From Mobula hypostoma (taxonomy: Eukaryota), in the NCBI RefSeq assembly GCF_963921235.1, contig NC_086097.1:223760001-223824000 (forward strand): 64,000 nucleotides of DNA. The letters run 5' to 3'. Shown piece after piece: positions 11,068 to 23,707 of this stretch (its first letter is position 1; each line of letters begins with the position of its first letter). The position numbers and the translations under genes were made by a program. Under the pieces are notes generated by a model. It was not told the origin of the DNA, did not search any database, and saw nothing but the letters and a program-made list of their open reading frames with translations.

Positions 11068-14000
11068 TATAACCATATAACCATATAACAATTACAGCAC
11101 GGAAACAGGCCATCTCGGCCCTTCTAGTCCGTGCCAAACGCTACTCTCACTTAGTCCCACCGACCTGCACTCAGCTCATAACCCTCCATTCCTTTCCTGT
11201 CCATATAGCTGTCCAATTTAACTTTAAATGCCAACATGGAATCTGCCTCAACCACTTCTGCTGGAATCTCGTTCCACACAGCTACCACTCTCTGAGAAAA
11301 GAAGTTCCCCCTCATGTTACCCCTAAGTTTTTACCCTTTAACTCTCAACTCATGTCCTCTTGTTTGAATCTCCCCCACTCTCAATGGAAAAAGCCTATCC
11401 ACGTCAACTCTATCAATCCCCCTCATAATTTTAAACACCTCTATCAAGTCCCCCCTCAACATTCTACGCTCCAAAGAATAAAGACCTAACTTGTTCAACC
11501 TTTCTCTGTAACTTAGGAGATGAAACCCAGGCAACATTTTAGTAAATCTCCTCTGTATTCTCTCAATTTTATTGACATCTTTCCTATAATTCGGTGACCA
11601 GAACTGTACACAATTCTCCAAATTTGGCCTTACCAATGCCTTAAACAATTTCATCAACATTACATCCCAACTCCTATACTCAATGCTCTGATTAATAAAG
11701 GCCAGTATACTAAAAGCTTTCTTCACCACCCTATCTACATGAGATTCCACCTTCAGGGAACTATGCACCATTATTCCTAGATCCCTCTGTTCTGCAATGC
11801 CCTACCATTTACCATGTATGTCCTATTTTGATTAGTCCTACCAAAGGGTAGCACCTCACATTTTTTAGCATCAAACTCCATCTGCCTCTTTCAGCCCACT
11901 CTTCTAACTGGCCTAAATCTCTCTGCAAGCTTTGAAAACCTACATCATTGTCCACAACACCACCTATCTTAGTATCATCTGCATACTTACTAATCCAATT
12001 TACCATCCCATCGTCCAGATCATTAATATATATGATAAACAACACTGGACGCAGTACAGATCCCTGAGGCACACCATTACACACTGTCCTCCAATCTGAC
12101 ACACGGTTATCCACCACTACTCTCTGGCGTCTCCCATCCAGCCACTGCTGAATCCATTTTACTACTTCGATATTAATGCCTAACAATTGAACCTTCCTAA
12201 CTAACCTTCCATGTGGAACCTTGTCAAAGGCCTTACTGAAGTCCATACAGACAACATCCACCGTTTTACCCTCATGAACTTTCCTAGTAACCTCATCAAA
12301 AAATTCAATAAGTTTTGTCAAACATGACCTTCCACGCACAAATCCATGTTGACTGTTCCTAATCAGACCCTGTCTATCAAGGTAATTATATATACCATCT
12401 CTAAGAATACTTTCCATCAATTTACCCACCACTGACGTCAAACTCACAGGCCGATAATTGCTAGGTTTACTCTTTTTAAGCAATGGAACCACATGAGCAA
12501 TACGCCAATCCTCCAGCCCCATCCCTGTTTCTAATGACATTTGAAATATTTCTGTCAGGGGCTCTTCCCTCAAGGTCCTAGGGAATATCTTGTCCGGACC
12601 CAGAGACATCCACTTTTATATTCCTTAAAAGCGCCAGTACTTCCTCTCCTTTAATCGTCATACCTTCCATAACTACCCTTCTTGTTTCCTTTACCTTACA
12701 CAATTCAATATCCTTCTCCTTAGTGAATACCGAAGAAAAGAAATTGTTCAAAATCTCCCCCATCTCTTTTGGCTCCGCACATAGCTGTCCACTCTGATTC
12801 TCCAAGGGACCAATTTTATCCCTCACTATCCTTCTGCTATTAATATAACTGTAGAAACCCTTTGGATTTATTTTCACCTTACTTGCCAAAGCAGCCTCGT
12901 ATCTTCTTTTAGCTTTTCTAATTTCTTTCTTAAGATTCTTTTTACATTCTTTATATTCCTCGAGCACCTCATTAACTCCAAGCTGCCTATATTTTTTGTA
13001 GATCCCTCTCTTTTTCCGAACCAAGTTTCCAATATCCCTTGAAAACCATGGCTCTCTCAAACTTTTAACCTTTCCTTTCAATCTAACAGGAACATAAAGA
13101 TCCTGTACCCTCAAAATTTCACCTTTAAATGACCTTCATTTCTCTATTACATCCTTCCCATAAAACAAATTGTCCCAATCCACTCCTTCTAAATCCTTTC
13201 ACATCACCTCGAAGTTAGCCTTTCTCCAATGAAAAATCTCAACCCTGGGTCCAGTTCTATCCTTCTCCATAATTATATTGAAACTAATGGTATTGTGATC
13301 ACTGGACCCGAAGTGCTCCCCAACACACACCTCCATCACCTGACCTATCTCATTCCCTAACAGGAGATCCAACACTGCCCCTTCTCTAGTTGGTACCTCT
13401 ATGTATTGCTGCAAAAAACTATCTTGCACACATTTGACAAACTCCAAACCATCCAGCCCTTTTACAGAATGGGCTTCCCAGTCTATGTGTGGAAAATTAA
13501 AATCTCCCACAATCACAACCTTGTGCTTACTACAAATATCTGCTATCTCCTTACAAATTTGCTCCTCCAGTTCTCGGTCCCCATTAGGTGGTCTATAATA
13601 CACCCCCATAAGCGTTACTACACCTTTCCTATTCCTCAATTCCACCCAAATAGCCTCCCTAGACGAGTCCACTAATCTATCCTGCCACAGCACCGCTGTT
13701 ATATTTTCTCTGACAAGCAATGCAACACCTCCCCCTCTTGCCCCTCCTATTCTATCACACCTGAAGCAATGAAATCCTGGAATATTTAGTTGCCAATCAC
13801 ACCCCTCCTGCAACCACGTTTCACTAATAGCTACAACATCATATTTCCAGTTATCAATCCATGCTCTAAGCTCAGCCACCTTTCTTACAATGCTCCTAGC
13901 ATTAAAATAGATGCATTTAAGAAACTCTCCACCTCTTACTCTCTGTTTATCTTTAATGGAGCAATCAACTTTGTTATCTTTTTCTTCCTTGTCCCCTACA

Positions 14001-14146
14001 TCTTTGGTCTGAGTGCTCCCGATCTCTGTCCCCTGCCTATCCTCCCTCACACACTGTCTACTAGCTTTCTCTATTTGTGACCTAACCTCCTCTCTCCTCG
14101 TCTCTTTAATTTGATTCCCACCCCCCAACCATTCCAGTTTAAAGTC
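11068..14146 (-). mobile_element. CR1 LINE with near-complete ORF2 (APE endonuclease and RT), frameshifted
   Basis: ORFs 13199-14128 (CIYFNARSI, SETWL, YYRPPN, GDFN, SSDHN), 12578-13114, 11809-12609 (YRPVSLTS, QHGF, GVPQGS, YADD) and 11331-11771. The tail is (TATATGGT)n. Confidence 0.96.
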
Positions 14147-14882
14147 TGCTTTTGAGTCACTTTCCTAAGAATTGTTTTTATCACCACTGCTTTACTTGTG
14201 TTCAACTCCCCAGCCTCACCCCGTTTCTTCAATTTATCAATAATACCAGTTTTTGTTTTGAAATGATCAAATGAGTAATCTGTTTTAAAACCATATTAAC
14301 CTTTAATTTTGGGAATGTCAGTTTGCCTAGCATATTGCCCCACATATTAAGCAATCATCCTTACTCTTAGTTAGTTGATTATTTATTTTACAAAGAACAT
14401 ATTATATCAGAATAGTCCAGCCAGCCAATGGAAATGACCAATTTACAGAGCTAGAGCATAGGCTCAATAATAATGTACTGTCTTTAATTACATATTTCCA
14501 TTGCATTAGTTTAACTTATCCTGGCCAGTAATTTATGATTTATTCTCATATTAAAAATATTCCCACCCTGCTACACAATTCAGAAATGGGGCACCTTGTA
14601 AGGTGATTATTTCTGCTTAAAGTGCTTCATGATCTGACTGTACAATAGCAGCCGATTTAATAGGATATCTTCAGAAACAGATATACACTAAAAATATTTC
14701 AGTTTGAGCTTCTATGTGTAATTTAACATTTATTTGGAGGGGGGAAAAATGTCTATTACATACTTAAAAACAAGGTAGTTGAGATGCCAGTGTTACATAT
14801 GTGGACAATACATTTACAGTTTTTGAGAAATGAGGCGAGAATATGGTTGGGTTGAGTTGCTCGCCAACCTTGGCAATCCAGT

Positions 14883-14924
14883 TGCAAGAGGTTCATCACC
14901 ATACGAGGAGACATCGTCAGTGCA
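14883..14924 (-). ncRNA. Degenerate hammerhead-like motif of a second PLE family
   Basis: The minus strand reads TGCA CTGACGA TGTCTCC TCGTAT GGTGAT GAA CCTC TTGCA. The GAAA box is damaged. Confidence 0.4.
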
Positions 14925-14986
14925 CTGTTCACTCATAGTGTGTCCTTCTCTGATGTTTGAGTATCAGAGGAGAGTATGTTCATAAG

Positions 14987-15108
14987 CGTACGAGATTCTG
15001 CAGATGCTGGAAATATTGAGCAACATACACAAAATGCTGGAGGATTTCAGCAAGTCAAGCAGCATCTATGGAGGGAAATAAAGTGGATATTTTAGGTTGA
15101 GATCCTAT
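14987..15108 (-). mobile_element. Short degenerate PLE tail
   Basis: TTCTGCAGATGCTGGAAAT...CAAAATGCTGGAGG...CAGCATCTATGG matches other PLE tails in the window. Confidence 0.75.
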
Positions 15109-16089
15109 GTTTGTATTACAGGTGAGAAGCCACACCTATAGCTATTTGTATTTGACTTATTACAATGAAGCCTCCAGCAGTTTCCTTAATATAATGTTAA
15201 GAGGCTTCAGAAAAAAATTCAGTGTACCACTGATTTTTAGCACTTGTGCTTGGTGAGCTGGATTCCTATTAGTAAAGTCATTCCTCTTCTAAGTAAGGCT
15301 TTTTAAAATGCTTTAATTGTTTGTTGCTTTCAGTAAGTAGCAAAGTCTTGAACCAACGTGCATTTTCACATGGTAACTGCTACTGGCAATACGTTAGCGT
15401 TGTTAGCATTAAGAATACCATTGTGTGCCATGACACCAACTTCCTTGGTTAACACAATTTTTCGCAATGATTGACTTTGGTCACTTCAATTAATCGATAT
15501 TTTTGGAATTTCCATGGGGAAGATTTGGAGTAGATTTTACGAAGTACAATAAACTTGCAAAGGTTAATTGATTAGAGAACCACTCATTCAAAATGTAAAT
15601 TGGAACCAATGTTTTGTAAGTTGAAATTAATATAATGACCTTAAATTGACTCATGCCATTAAGCACTACTGACTTTGAAGATATGGAGAAATGTTTTCTT
15701 TAAACCAATATAGCAAGGAATGGAGGAATAAAGGTAACTTTTACAGATCTAGTGAGGAAGAAATCCAAGGAACCATACTCCCAATGACTGGCTCACAACT
15801 ATTGTTTCCAACTACTGTAAATGCTTCTCTATAACATGGCTCATTTTCCAAGCTTTGTTCCAATATGTGTGCTGTACTCTTATGACTGGCTTCCTTGGTT
15901 TCCCCCAGTAAATAATACCCCACTAGTTCCCTCCCACATCTCAGCCATTCACTCTGAAATCATCGTCCTCTACCACAAATTGCAATTTTTGTATCATCTT
16001 CTCTGAACGCACGGTTAAATATTTCCTTTCTGATTTTGGTAACAGTTACACCTAATTCATCTCTATTCTGCAAGTGTATTATATTAATG

Positions 16090-16518
16090 ATTTAAACTAT
16101 ACTGGAAGGGCAGGGCGTTGGGATCGGAGACGAGAATCAATTTCACTCGCGAGGCTCACTCCTCTCTCTCTCTCTATGGCACTGAGGTTATGAAGTCTAC
16201 CCCCGGCCGTGGTGCTCCATACTTGCTAAGATGACGGACTGATACCAAGGCTTGGATTTAACCCGCGCTGCTCCAGGGTTCAGATCTAAGGACTCATTTT
16301 GTTTCGGAATGTTGTTGCTTGCTTCTATTGTTTCTATGATTTGTGTCCCCCCCCCCCCCCCATTTCTCTGTGCATTGGGTGTTGGTCTTTATTTTATTAT
16401 TTTTTTTTAAATTGGGTTCTTTCCAGTTTCTTGCTTTGTGGCTACCTGTAAACAAACAAATCTCAAGGTTGTATAATTTAAACATTCTTTGATTATAAAA
16501 TGTACTTTGAACTTTGAT
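16090..16518 (+). mobile_element. Unclassified non-coding repeat with Rex1-like (ACTTTGA)n tail
   Basis: Ends AAAATGTACTTTGAACTTTGA. A similar tail occurs inverted at ~58757 and in short pieces near 39080 and 50280. The 5' boundary is approximate. Confidence 0.45.
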
Positions 16519-17479
16519 AGTCAAGAAGTACAGGGGTTCTACAGATTATGATCTCTCATTGCTCAACCAAGAAGCTCTTTGAGTTTTGACAATTCAAACT
16601 AATAGATTATTTCATTGCATATTGATTGCAAACCAGATATCTCTACAGGTGCATTTGCAGTGGATATCCCTGGATATTGGAGTGAAGTATATCATAGTGC
16701 AAAGCCATACATTGGCCTTGTATAGGAGATGAACAAAAGGTCCTAAACTCTTCTTGCTAGGCCTTCGAAATGTATTAATATTTTTTACCCATCTAAATGT
16801 TCTTTTTATATGTGGATAACTTTGCATTTCTAATTTATTTAAAGATAGGGCTGGGCAGAGACAATAAAGAAAGCAAAATTGTTAAGGGACGAAGAATAAA
16901 AAGGTAGGAGTTGTTGAATTTGAAACGATCAAAGTCCATCCAATTTACCTTTTACCATTGTGCAATTGACTACTCATTGACTACTCACACCAATCAATCT
17001 TTCGTCATCTCTTTTTGCAGGTGGATTCATAGTGAAACAGATGTTAGCTTCCGTAAAACAAACACTCTGATACAAATGCTGAAGTGCATAAGTCAACAAT
17101 GCCTTTAAATTCTATAGCAGGATCACCAAACACTACGTAAATATTTGGTAACCGTAGAAATTATTGATAGTTGAATAATGGAGCTTACATATTTAAACTT
17201 ATTTTCTTACGGTGAACGAATTAAGTGCTCTGCAAATGCAGTAACTCTCTCTAACTTACCAGTCATTCATAGTCCAGTTTCAGATTCTGAATGAAGGGTT
17301 TCTGTCTGAAGCTTCGACTTTTACTCCCTTCTGTCTGACTTGCTGAGTACCTCCAACATTTTGAGAGTGTTGCTTCAGATTCAGTTTATTGTCATATAAA
17401 CCAGAGTGCAGTGAAATTCCTTGCTTCCACAAAGCCCACAGAATAAATCATGTACATTAAAGTAATAAAAATAACAATT

Positions 17480-17613
17480 TAAATACATGGGATCCAGGGT
17501 GACTTGCCTGGTTAATTCAGAGTAGGTTTGAAGACAGAGGGAGATACTCATTGGAACATATTCTGGCTGCAGGTTTGTGACTAGTGGCGTGCTGCAGGAA
17601 TCTGTACTGGGAC
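17480..17613 (+). mobile_element. CR1 RT fragment hosting the Gypsy insertion
   Basis: HGIQGD...VTSGVLQESVLG lies immediately before the LTR. CR1 sequence resumes after ~21480. Confidence 0.7.
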
Positions 17614-17855
17614 TGTTGTGTATTTACTATTTCAGTTATATTTGAGCGATCTTGTGTGTGTGTATATATATGATTGATTAAGTTTTCCTCTTTGTTTAAA
17701 TAATTCATTATGGGTTATATATATATAAATATGTGAATTGCATACATTATCACGCTACCACACTTTACTTGAAGTAAACTCGAAGTTAGACCTGCATTTC
17801 GGACTCGTGTATTCCTCGAATCAGTTTAATGTGTTGAAGTTACAAAACATTAACA
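17614..17855 (+). repeat. 5' LTR (242 bp) of a Ty3/Gypsy element
   Basis: Runs TGTTGTGTATTT...AAAACATTAACA and is homologous to the solo LTR at 30238-30478. It is followed directly by a PBS. Confidence 0.88.
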
Positions 17856-17856
17856 T

Positions 17857-17867
17857 TGGCGATGAGG
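17857..17867 (+). promoter_or_regulatory. Primer-binding site (tRNA-Ser-like)
   Basis: TGGCGATGAGG lies 1 nt after the LTR CA. It is one transition away from TGGCGACGAGG, the complement of the tRNA-Ser(GCU) 3' end. Confidence 0.75.
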
Positions 17868-20800
17868 TATTTTTAAAACGAACTCGAGACAGCTACTGAC
17901 CCGTTCAAGTGCAGCGAGACGTTTGAACTTTAAAAAACACAGCGAGTAAAAAACGCAGCCCAGCATGTGCAGAGGTGTCAAGTAAAAAAAAGGGCTATAA
18001 ATAGAAGAATTCAGGGTTCATAAACTATAAGTACCCAGTGATAATAATTATTAAAAAAATCAGAAATGACTGGCTACATTGGAAGGATTGTCATGTTTGA
18101 TTAAACAATGGGTAGTTGGCTCATGTATACTGAGATATTGGAACATTATTTTGAAGCAAGTGAAATAGCCAAGGAGAAGCGAGTGCCAATTTTGCTAAGT
18201 GCCTCGGGTTTAAAAGCATACAGCATGCTTCAAAGTTTGACTGCCCCAAATAAATCTGCAGAAATCAGCTTTACTTATATTGTAAAAGTAGTGCAGGAAC
18301 TCTTGGAAACAAAGGCATTGTTGATTGCAGAATGCTTTAGGTTTCATAAGCAGATTCAAAAGGAAGGGGAGACCATTTCAGTGTACGTGGCTGGATTGAA
18401 GGATTGTCTGAGCATTGTCAGTTCAGTGATGGGCTTAATGATGCACTGAGAGATCATCTAGCTTGTGGAATCTTAAAAGAAAGCATTCAAAAATGACTCC
18501 TAACTGAAGCACAACTTACATTTAAAAGAGTTTTTAAAATCACTGTTTGAATGGAGACTGCAGAGGGAGATGCAATTGAGTTGCAGTCAGGAATGAAAAT
18601 GAGCCTGAATAAAATTGCAACATCTAAACAGGAACCAGCCTGGCTGAACAAATTGTGCCACCTTTATGGCAGGGGCTCACATAGACCAAACAAATGCAGA
18701 TTTAAAGGTGAAATTTGCAGAAAATGCAACAAAATAGGACACACGCACAGAGTGAGTTGGGCAGACAAAAATGAATGGACTGCTCAGGGAAGAGAAAAAG
18801 CTAAAAGTCAAGTTGCATTTCAAAGACAGCACTGATCTGCACACTGTTGATGAAAAATCTGATAATGATACCAGTGGCGCAGGACTGTGTAACCTGCAAA
18901 CGTACAGTGTGAAAATTAACAATGAACAAGCAATATGGTTTACACCAGAGGGAACGGCAAATTAATTAAAATGGAATTGGACACCGGCTGAGTTGTTTCA
19001 GTCATCCACAAAGTGAGATTGAAGGTCATTTCAAAGCTATTAAACTGAAGCCTTCAGATATCCAACTAAGAGCTTGTACTGGAGAAAAGGTAACTCCTGT
19101 GAGAATAACATTTGTAACTTACATGCCACATCCCTTGTAATGAAGCCATATAAAAGTGAATTAAGAAAGATACTGGACAATGCCACAGCAGTGTTCAAGG
19201 ATGGCATTGGAAATCACAAGCATATCAAGCCTAAAATAGTGTTAACTAAAGATGCTGCACCCAAGTTTTGGAAAGCCTGTCCTGTTCCTTATACCATCCG
19301 TGATAAAGTAGCCAGTGAGTTAGAGCACATGGAGGCTGAAGGAATTATTTCCTGGTTGAATGGAGCCCATGGGCAATGCCAGTGGTCCTAATTGCCAAGA
19401 AGAATGAGTCTGTCAGGATCTGTGGTTGATTTTAAGGTCACCATCAACGCAGTACTGCAAGTAAATCAATGCCCTCTGCCCACTATAGAGGATATCTTTG
19501 CAAACCTTTCTGGAGGAAAACACTTCAGCAAAGTGAACTTAGCTGAGGCCTACTTGCAGATGGAGATAGAGCAAGAGTCCAAAAGGTTTCTCTCCTTAAA
19601 TTCTCACAAAGAGCTTTCTTGGTACAATAGGCTTATTTTTGGAGTAGCACCTGCACTGGCACCCTGACAGAAAGCTATGGACCAGGTGCTGTAAGGCTGC
19701 CCAGGCACTCAGTGTTACCAGGCTGACATCTTCATTACCAGTAAGGATGACAAGGACGATTTCCAAAACCTCAAGACAGTGTTTAAAAGAAGATTAAAGA
19801 TTATTGGCTTAGAGCACGACACGATGAGTGTGAATTCTTTAAACCAACCATCACTTACTATAGTCTCATGATTGATGCACAAGCGTTAGACAAGTGTGCT
19901 GAGAAAATTCAAGCAGTGCTGGATGCCCCAAAGCCAAAGGACATGGCACAGTTGTGGTCCTTTTTGGGATCTGTCAACTACAATAACAAGTTCCTGCCAA
20001 ACCCAGCTCTTGTGCTCCACTTCTTAAATTCATTACTGCAGACTGGGAAGAAATGACAATGGGCAAAACACTGTGAGATGTTTTTCAAAAAGGTAAGGAA
20101 ATGATAATGTCATATGCCGTATTGACACATTATGATCACATCATCCAGTGAAGCTTTCCTGTGACACCTCTCTTATATTATAGGTGCAGTCGTGTCACGT
20201 GTCAAGAGTGATGGAAGTGAACACCCCATGGCCTTTGCATTATGGTTCCTTACCGCTGCAGAGAAAAATTACACACGGATTGACAGAACGACCTTGAGTC
20301 TGGTTTGGAGTATAAGATGTTTCAACCAGTACTTGTACGAAAGAGAATTTACCCTCATCACTGATCATCAACCACGAGTGTCCATTTTCACTCCACAGAA
20401 GGGTGTTCCATGAACAGCAGCAGCACAAATGCAGAGATGGGCTCTGTTTCCTGGAGGATACAATTACAAGATTGAATTCAACAGGACAACTAATCATGGA
20501 AATGCTGATGGATTGTCCTGTTTACCTTGGAAAAGGAAGTACCAGAAATATTTACTAAAAAAGACACTCCTCTTGACGTATTCCCCTAATGCAAATCAAA
20601 AGTCTCCCTATTACGACAGAGATGATCCAAAGAGAAACTAGAAAAGATTCCACACTGTCTCGGGTCTTCATTACCACTGAAAATGGCTGGAATGTGCAAC
20701 AGACACTCCTGTTTTCCCATGCTTACCAGTGCTGAGATGAACCTTTGGTGGAGGTTGTTTTATGTGGGGATTGAGAGTTGTTGTACCATCCAAGCTGAGG

Positions 20801-21480
20801 GCCAAAGTGTTGGAGGAGTTGCATGCTGGCCTTCTATGTGTGGTTAAAATGAAAGTGTTGGCTCGAAGCTTTATCTAGTGGCCTGGAGTAGATCAACAGA
20901 TCAAGCAGCTTGCTATGCACTGTGTAGGATGCCAACATGTCCAGAAGATGCCAAGAGCAGCACTTCTCCATCCCTGAGAATGGCCTGCATTCTCCTGGCA
21001 GAGGATTCACGTGGATTTTGCCTGACTGTTCATGGGCACGTTTCTCAGTAGTAGTGGATGCAGCTACAAAGCGGCTAGGAGTGTGTCCAATGGCATCCAC
21101 TGCAGCTTCGCACACTGCTGGTGTGTTGAGAAGCCTCTTCGCAAGGACTGCTGTTCCTGAATACTCAGTCAGTGACAATGGACCACAGCTTGTGGGGGAA
21201 CAGTTCCAATCATTCCTGGAAATTAATGGAATAACACTTATCGCATCTGCACTGTACCACTCAGCTAGAAGTGGCTTGGTGGAGAAGTTTGCCCAGTCTA
21301 AAGAATACGATGCGAGCAATTATCAGCAGAACATACTCCACTGCTACTGAACCAGAAGCTCGCCGATATCCTCGTTGTATATTATAATGCAACACACTCC
21401 ACAGCCAATAACTTACCAACCATGCTGTTCCTGGGTCGTTCCTTGCATTCACACTTGGCTTTCCTCAGACCCAATCTCTG

Positions 21481-21810
21481 GTTATACAATATCTGGAGAA
21501 ATGCATTTAGTTCCGTTTGACCTATTATAGGAAGGATGTGAGGGCTTTGGAGAAGACTCGGGATGATGGTTTAAAGGGAGGTTGGACCAACTTGAGTTCT
21601 TTTCTCTCGAATGATGGAAGCTAAGGGGAAGTTTATAAGACTGAGAGACATAGATAAAGCAGGCTACTTGTATCTTTTTCCCAGGATCGAAATGTGTAAT
21701 AACATGCGTTTCAGATGGAGGCGGGGTGGGGTGGGGAGGAGGCTAAGTTCAATGAAGATGTGTGGGGCAGGCTTTTTTTACATGAGTGGTAAGTATTTGG
21801 AATGTGCTAC
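21481..21810 (+). mobile_element. Degenerate CR1 3' fragment
   Basis: LEKCI*F...YYRKDVRALE-like sequence. Confidence 0.6.
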
Positions 21811-21959
21811 CCGACTGCACTACAATCATTGCACTATTCTTTTATTCTTGTTTTAATTAAACGCAGATCATTACAGCACAGGAACAGGCCCTTTGGCCTA
21901 TTTCGTTGTGCAGAACTGGTTAAACTTCCAATGAAACTAATCCTTTCTGCCTACACTGT

Positions 21960-22303
21960 GTCATTGTTGAAGATCCCTACCACCTATCGCACAATCCCTT
22001 TGACCTACTATTGTCAGGAAGAGCATCAGGACTCGGACTGCCAGACTGGACAGTAGATTCTTCCCTTAGGCTGACTAATGAATACCCTGCCACACCGAGG
22101 TCTCGTCACTAAGACAGCGAGCTATTTACTGTACTGTTTGTAGTTTACCCGTCCTGGGCACTACAAGCATTTTGAGATATATTTTATGCACTTCTGGTAA
22201 TATTTTGTTTTATATTCTGTGTGTGGGTGCACTGTGGTCTGGAAAGATGTTGTTCTGTTTGATTGTTTATGTGTACAGTTAGATGACAATAAACTTGAAC
22301 TTG
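21960..22303 (+). mobile_element. Rex1-type LINE 3' end
   Basis: A KDPYHLSHNPFDLLLSG-like C-terminus, ending AATAAACTTGAACTTGA. Confidence 0.6.
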
Positions 22304-22339
22304 AGTATCTTTCTATTCTCTCCATGTTCCAAGAATCTC

Positions 22340-22620
22340 TTTCATACCTCTTGCGAGGCAAGGAAAAAGCACAATTTTCAACAACCACCCCAGGAGCACA
22401 CCTCATATTCTGTCTGGATAGTTTCCAAATTGATGGCATGAATGTCCTTTTCTCTGACTTCCAGTAACTGTTCTCCCCTGCTGCCCACCCTTTTTTGTTT
22501 TCCTCCATTTTGCTGGCCTCCTCACTCCTCCTCCTTCCCCGCCTTCACCACCTCCCCTTCGATTTCCTCATCATCTTCCCTTTATTCCATTTATTCCACG
22601 AGGAAAGGTACCTTCCTCAT
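22340..22620 (+). mobile_element. PLE ORF-end fragment
   Basis: HLIFCLDSFQIDGMNVLFSDFQ* matches the C-terminus of the 9001 copy. Confidence 0.7.
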
Positions 22621-23509
22621 TGGAAGAATCTTGGGGTACTCTTTAAAGATAAGGGGTGAAGAGATAATTTTTTTTCTGAGATTGAGAGTCTTTGGACTCC
22701 TGCTTGGTCTTTGAATATTGCCAAGGCAGCTGGCAACAGATTCTTGTTGAGCAAAGGGATAAAAGGTGACTGGAATGCAGATTTGTAGCTGGAATCTTAC
22801 CATGAGATGGAGCACATTTGAAGGGCTGAGAGGCTGACTCCTGTTCCTAATTCATACGTTCAACAACTGTGTTTTCACTAAACAATCTGAGAAACCAACT
22901 ACTTGAACAAGTTCTTTCAGATGCAAGCCAGGAAAGAAAAAAAGCATAATTTTCAACTAATACTTTAAACACCTTGTAAAGCAATAAAATTGAAAAAAAC
23001 GCTGGGCTAAGTGGGAAGCTGCAATATAGAATTAGGCCATTTGGCCCATCAGGTCTTTACTCACCAGTCAGCACCTACCATATTAATCCCAGCAATTAGC
23101 TCATAGTCTTTTGTCTAGACAATTTAAGTGCTAGACAGTGATCTTTAGGTTCTTCCAGAGGAGGAAATATCCTTTCCACATCCAATGAGTTAAGAACCCT
23201 CAGATCGTAAACGTTTTAATGAATCTTTTACTTTTCTCAATTACAGCAGATGCAAGCTGTCCAACCTTTTCTCATGTGACAATTCACCCATTGCAGATAT
23301 ATGACTAATAACTCTCCATTGAACAACTGTTAGTAACCCTGCTTCAGCCACTCTCCAGCAGTGTATTCCAGATCTTCTCTGGGTGGAAAATGGTCTGCTT
23401 CAAATCCCCTTTAAATCTTTTGACCCTTACCCTAAATCTCTCAATTAGCTTTATCTACCTCTGACATGGGAATAGTTTCCTGCAGTTTACCTATCCATAC
23501 CCCTCATAA

Positions 23510-23707
23510 GCAACACACACAAAATGCTGGAGGAACTCAGCAGGCCAGGCAGCATCTGCGGAAAAGCGTAAACAGTCAATGTTTCAGGCCGAGACCCTTC
23601 AGCAGGACTGGAGAAAAAAGACGAGGAGTAGAGTTAAAAGGTGGGACGAGGGGAGGGAGAAACACAAGGTGATGGGTGAAACTAGGAGGGGGAGCTGTGA
23701 AGACCCT
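23510..23707 (-). mobile_element. Short PLE terminal fragment with degenerate hammerhead, in a minus-strand CR1 remnant, with 14-bp TSD
   Basis: CATACCCCTCATAA occurs at 23496-23509 and 23708-23721. The hammerhead-like motif at 23573-23610 has the core mutated to CTGCTGA. Confidence 0.85.

Larger units (their letters stand above)
17614..21480 (+). mobile_element. Decayed Ty3/Gypsy retrotransposon (probably Mag-type): gag-PR-RT-RNaseH-IN, 3' end deleted
   Basis: Domains seen: gag with CCHC-like CRKCNKIGH, protease MELDTG (~18971), RT (DFKVTIN, PLPTIEDIF, AYLQ), RNaseH (AEKNY, FTLITDHQP) and integrase (RIHVDFA, VSDNGPQ). There are many stops and no 3' LTR. Confidence 0.93.

Noticed and set aside
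13199..14128. 309-aa ORF as an active CR1 or host nuclease
   Set aside because: It is the endonuclease part of a frameshifted CR1 ORF2 that lacks ORF1, so the element is not autonomous.
15118..15141. ACAGGTGAGAAGCCACAC, resembling a C2H2 zinc-finger linker exon (TGEKPH)
   Set aside because: It is followed at once by CTA TAG (stop) and has no Cys-x2-Cys.
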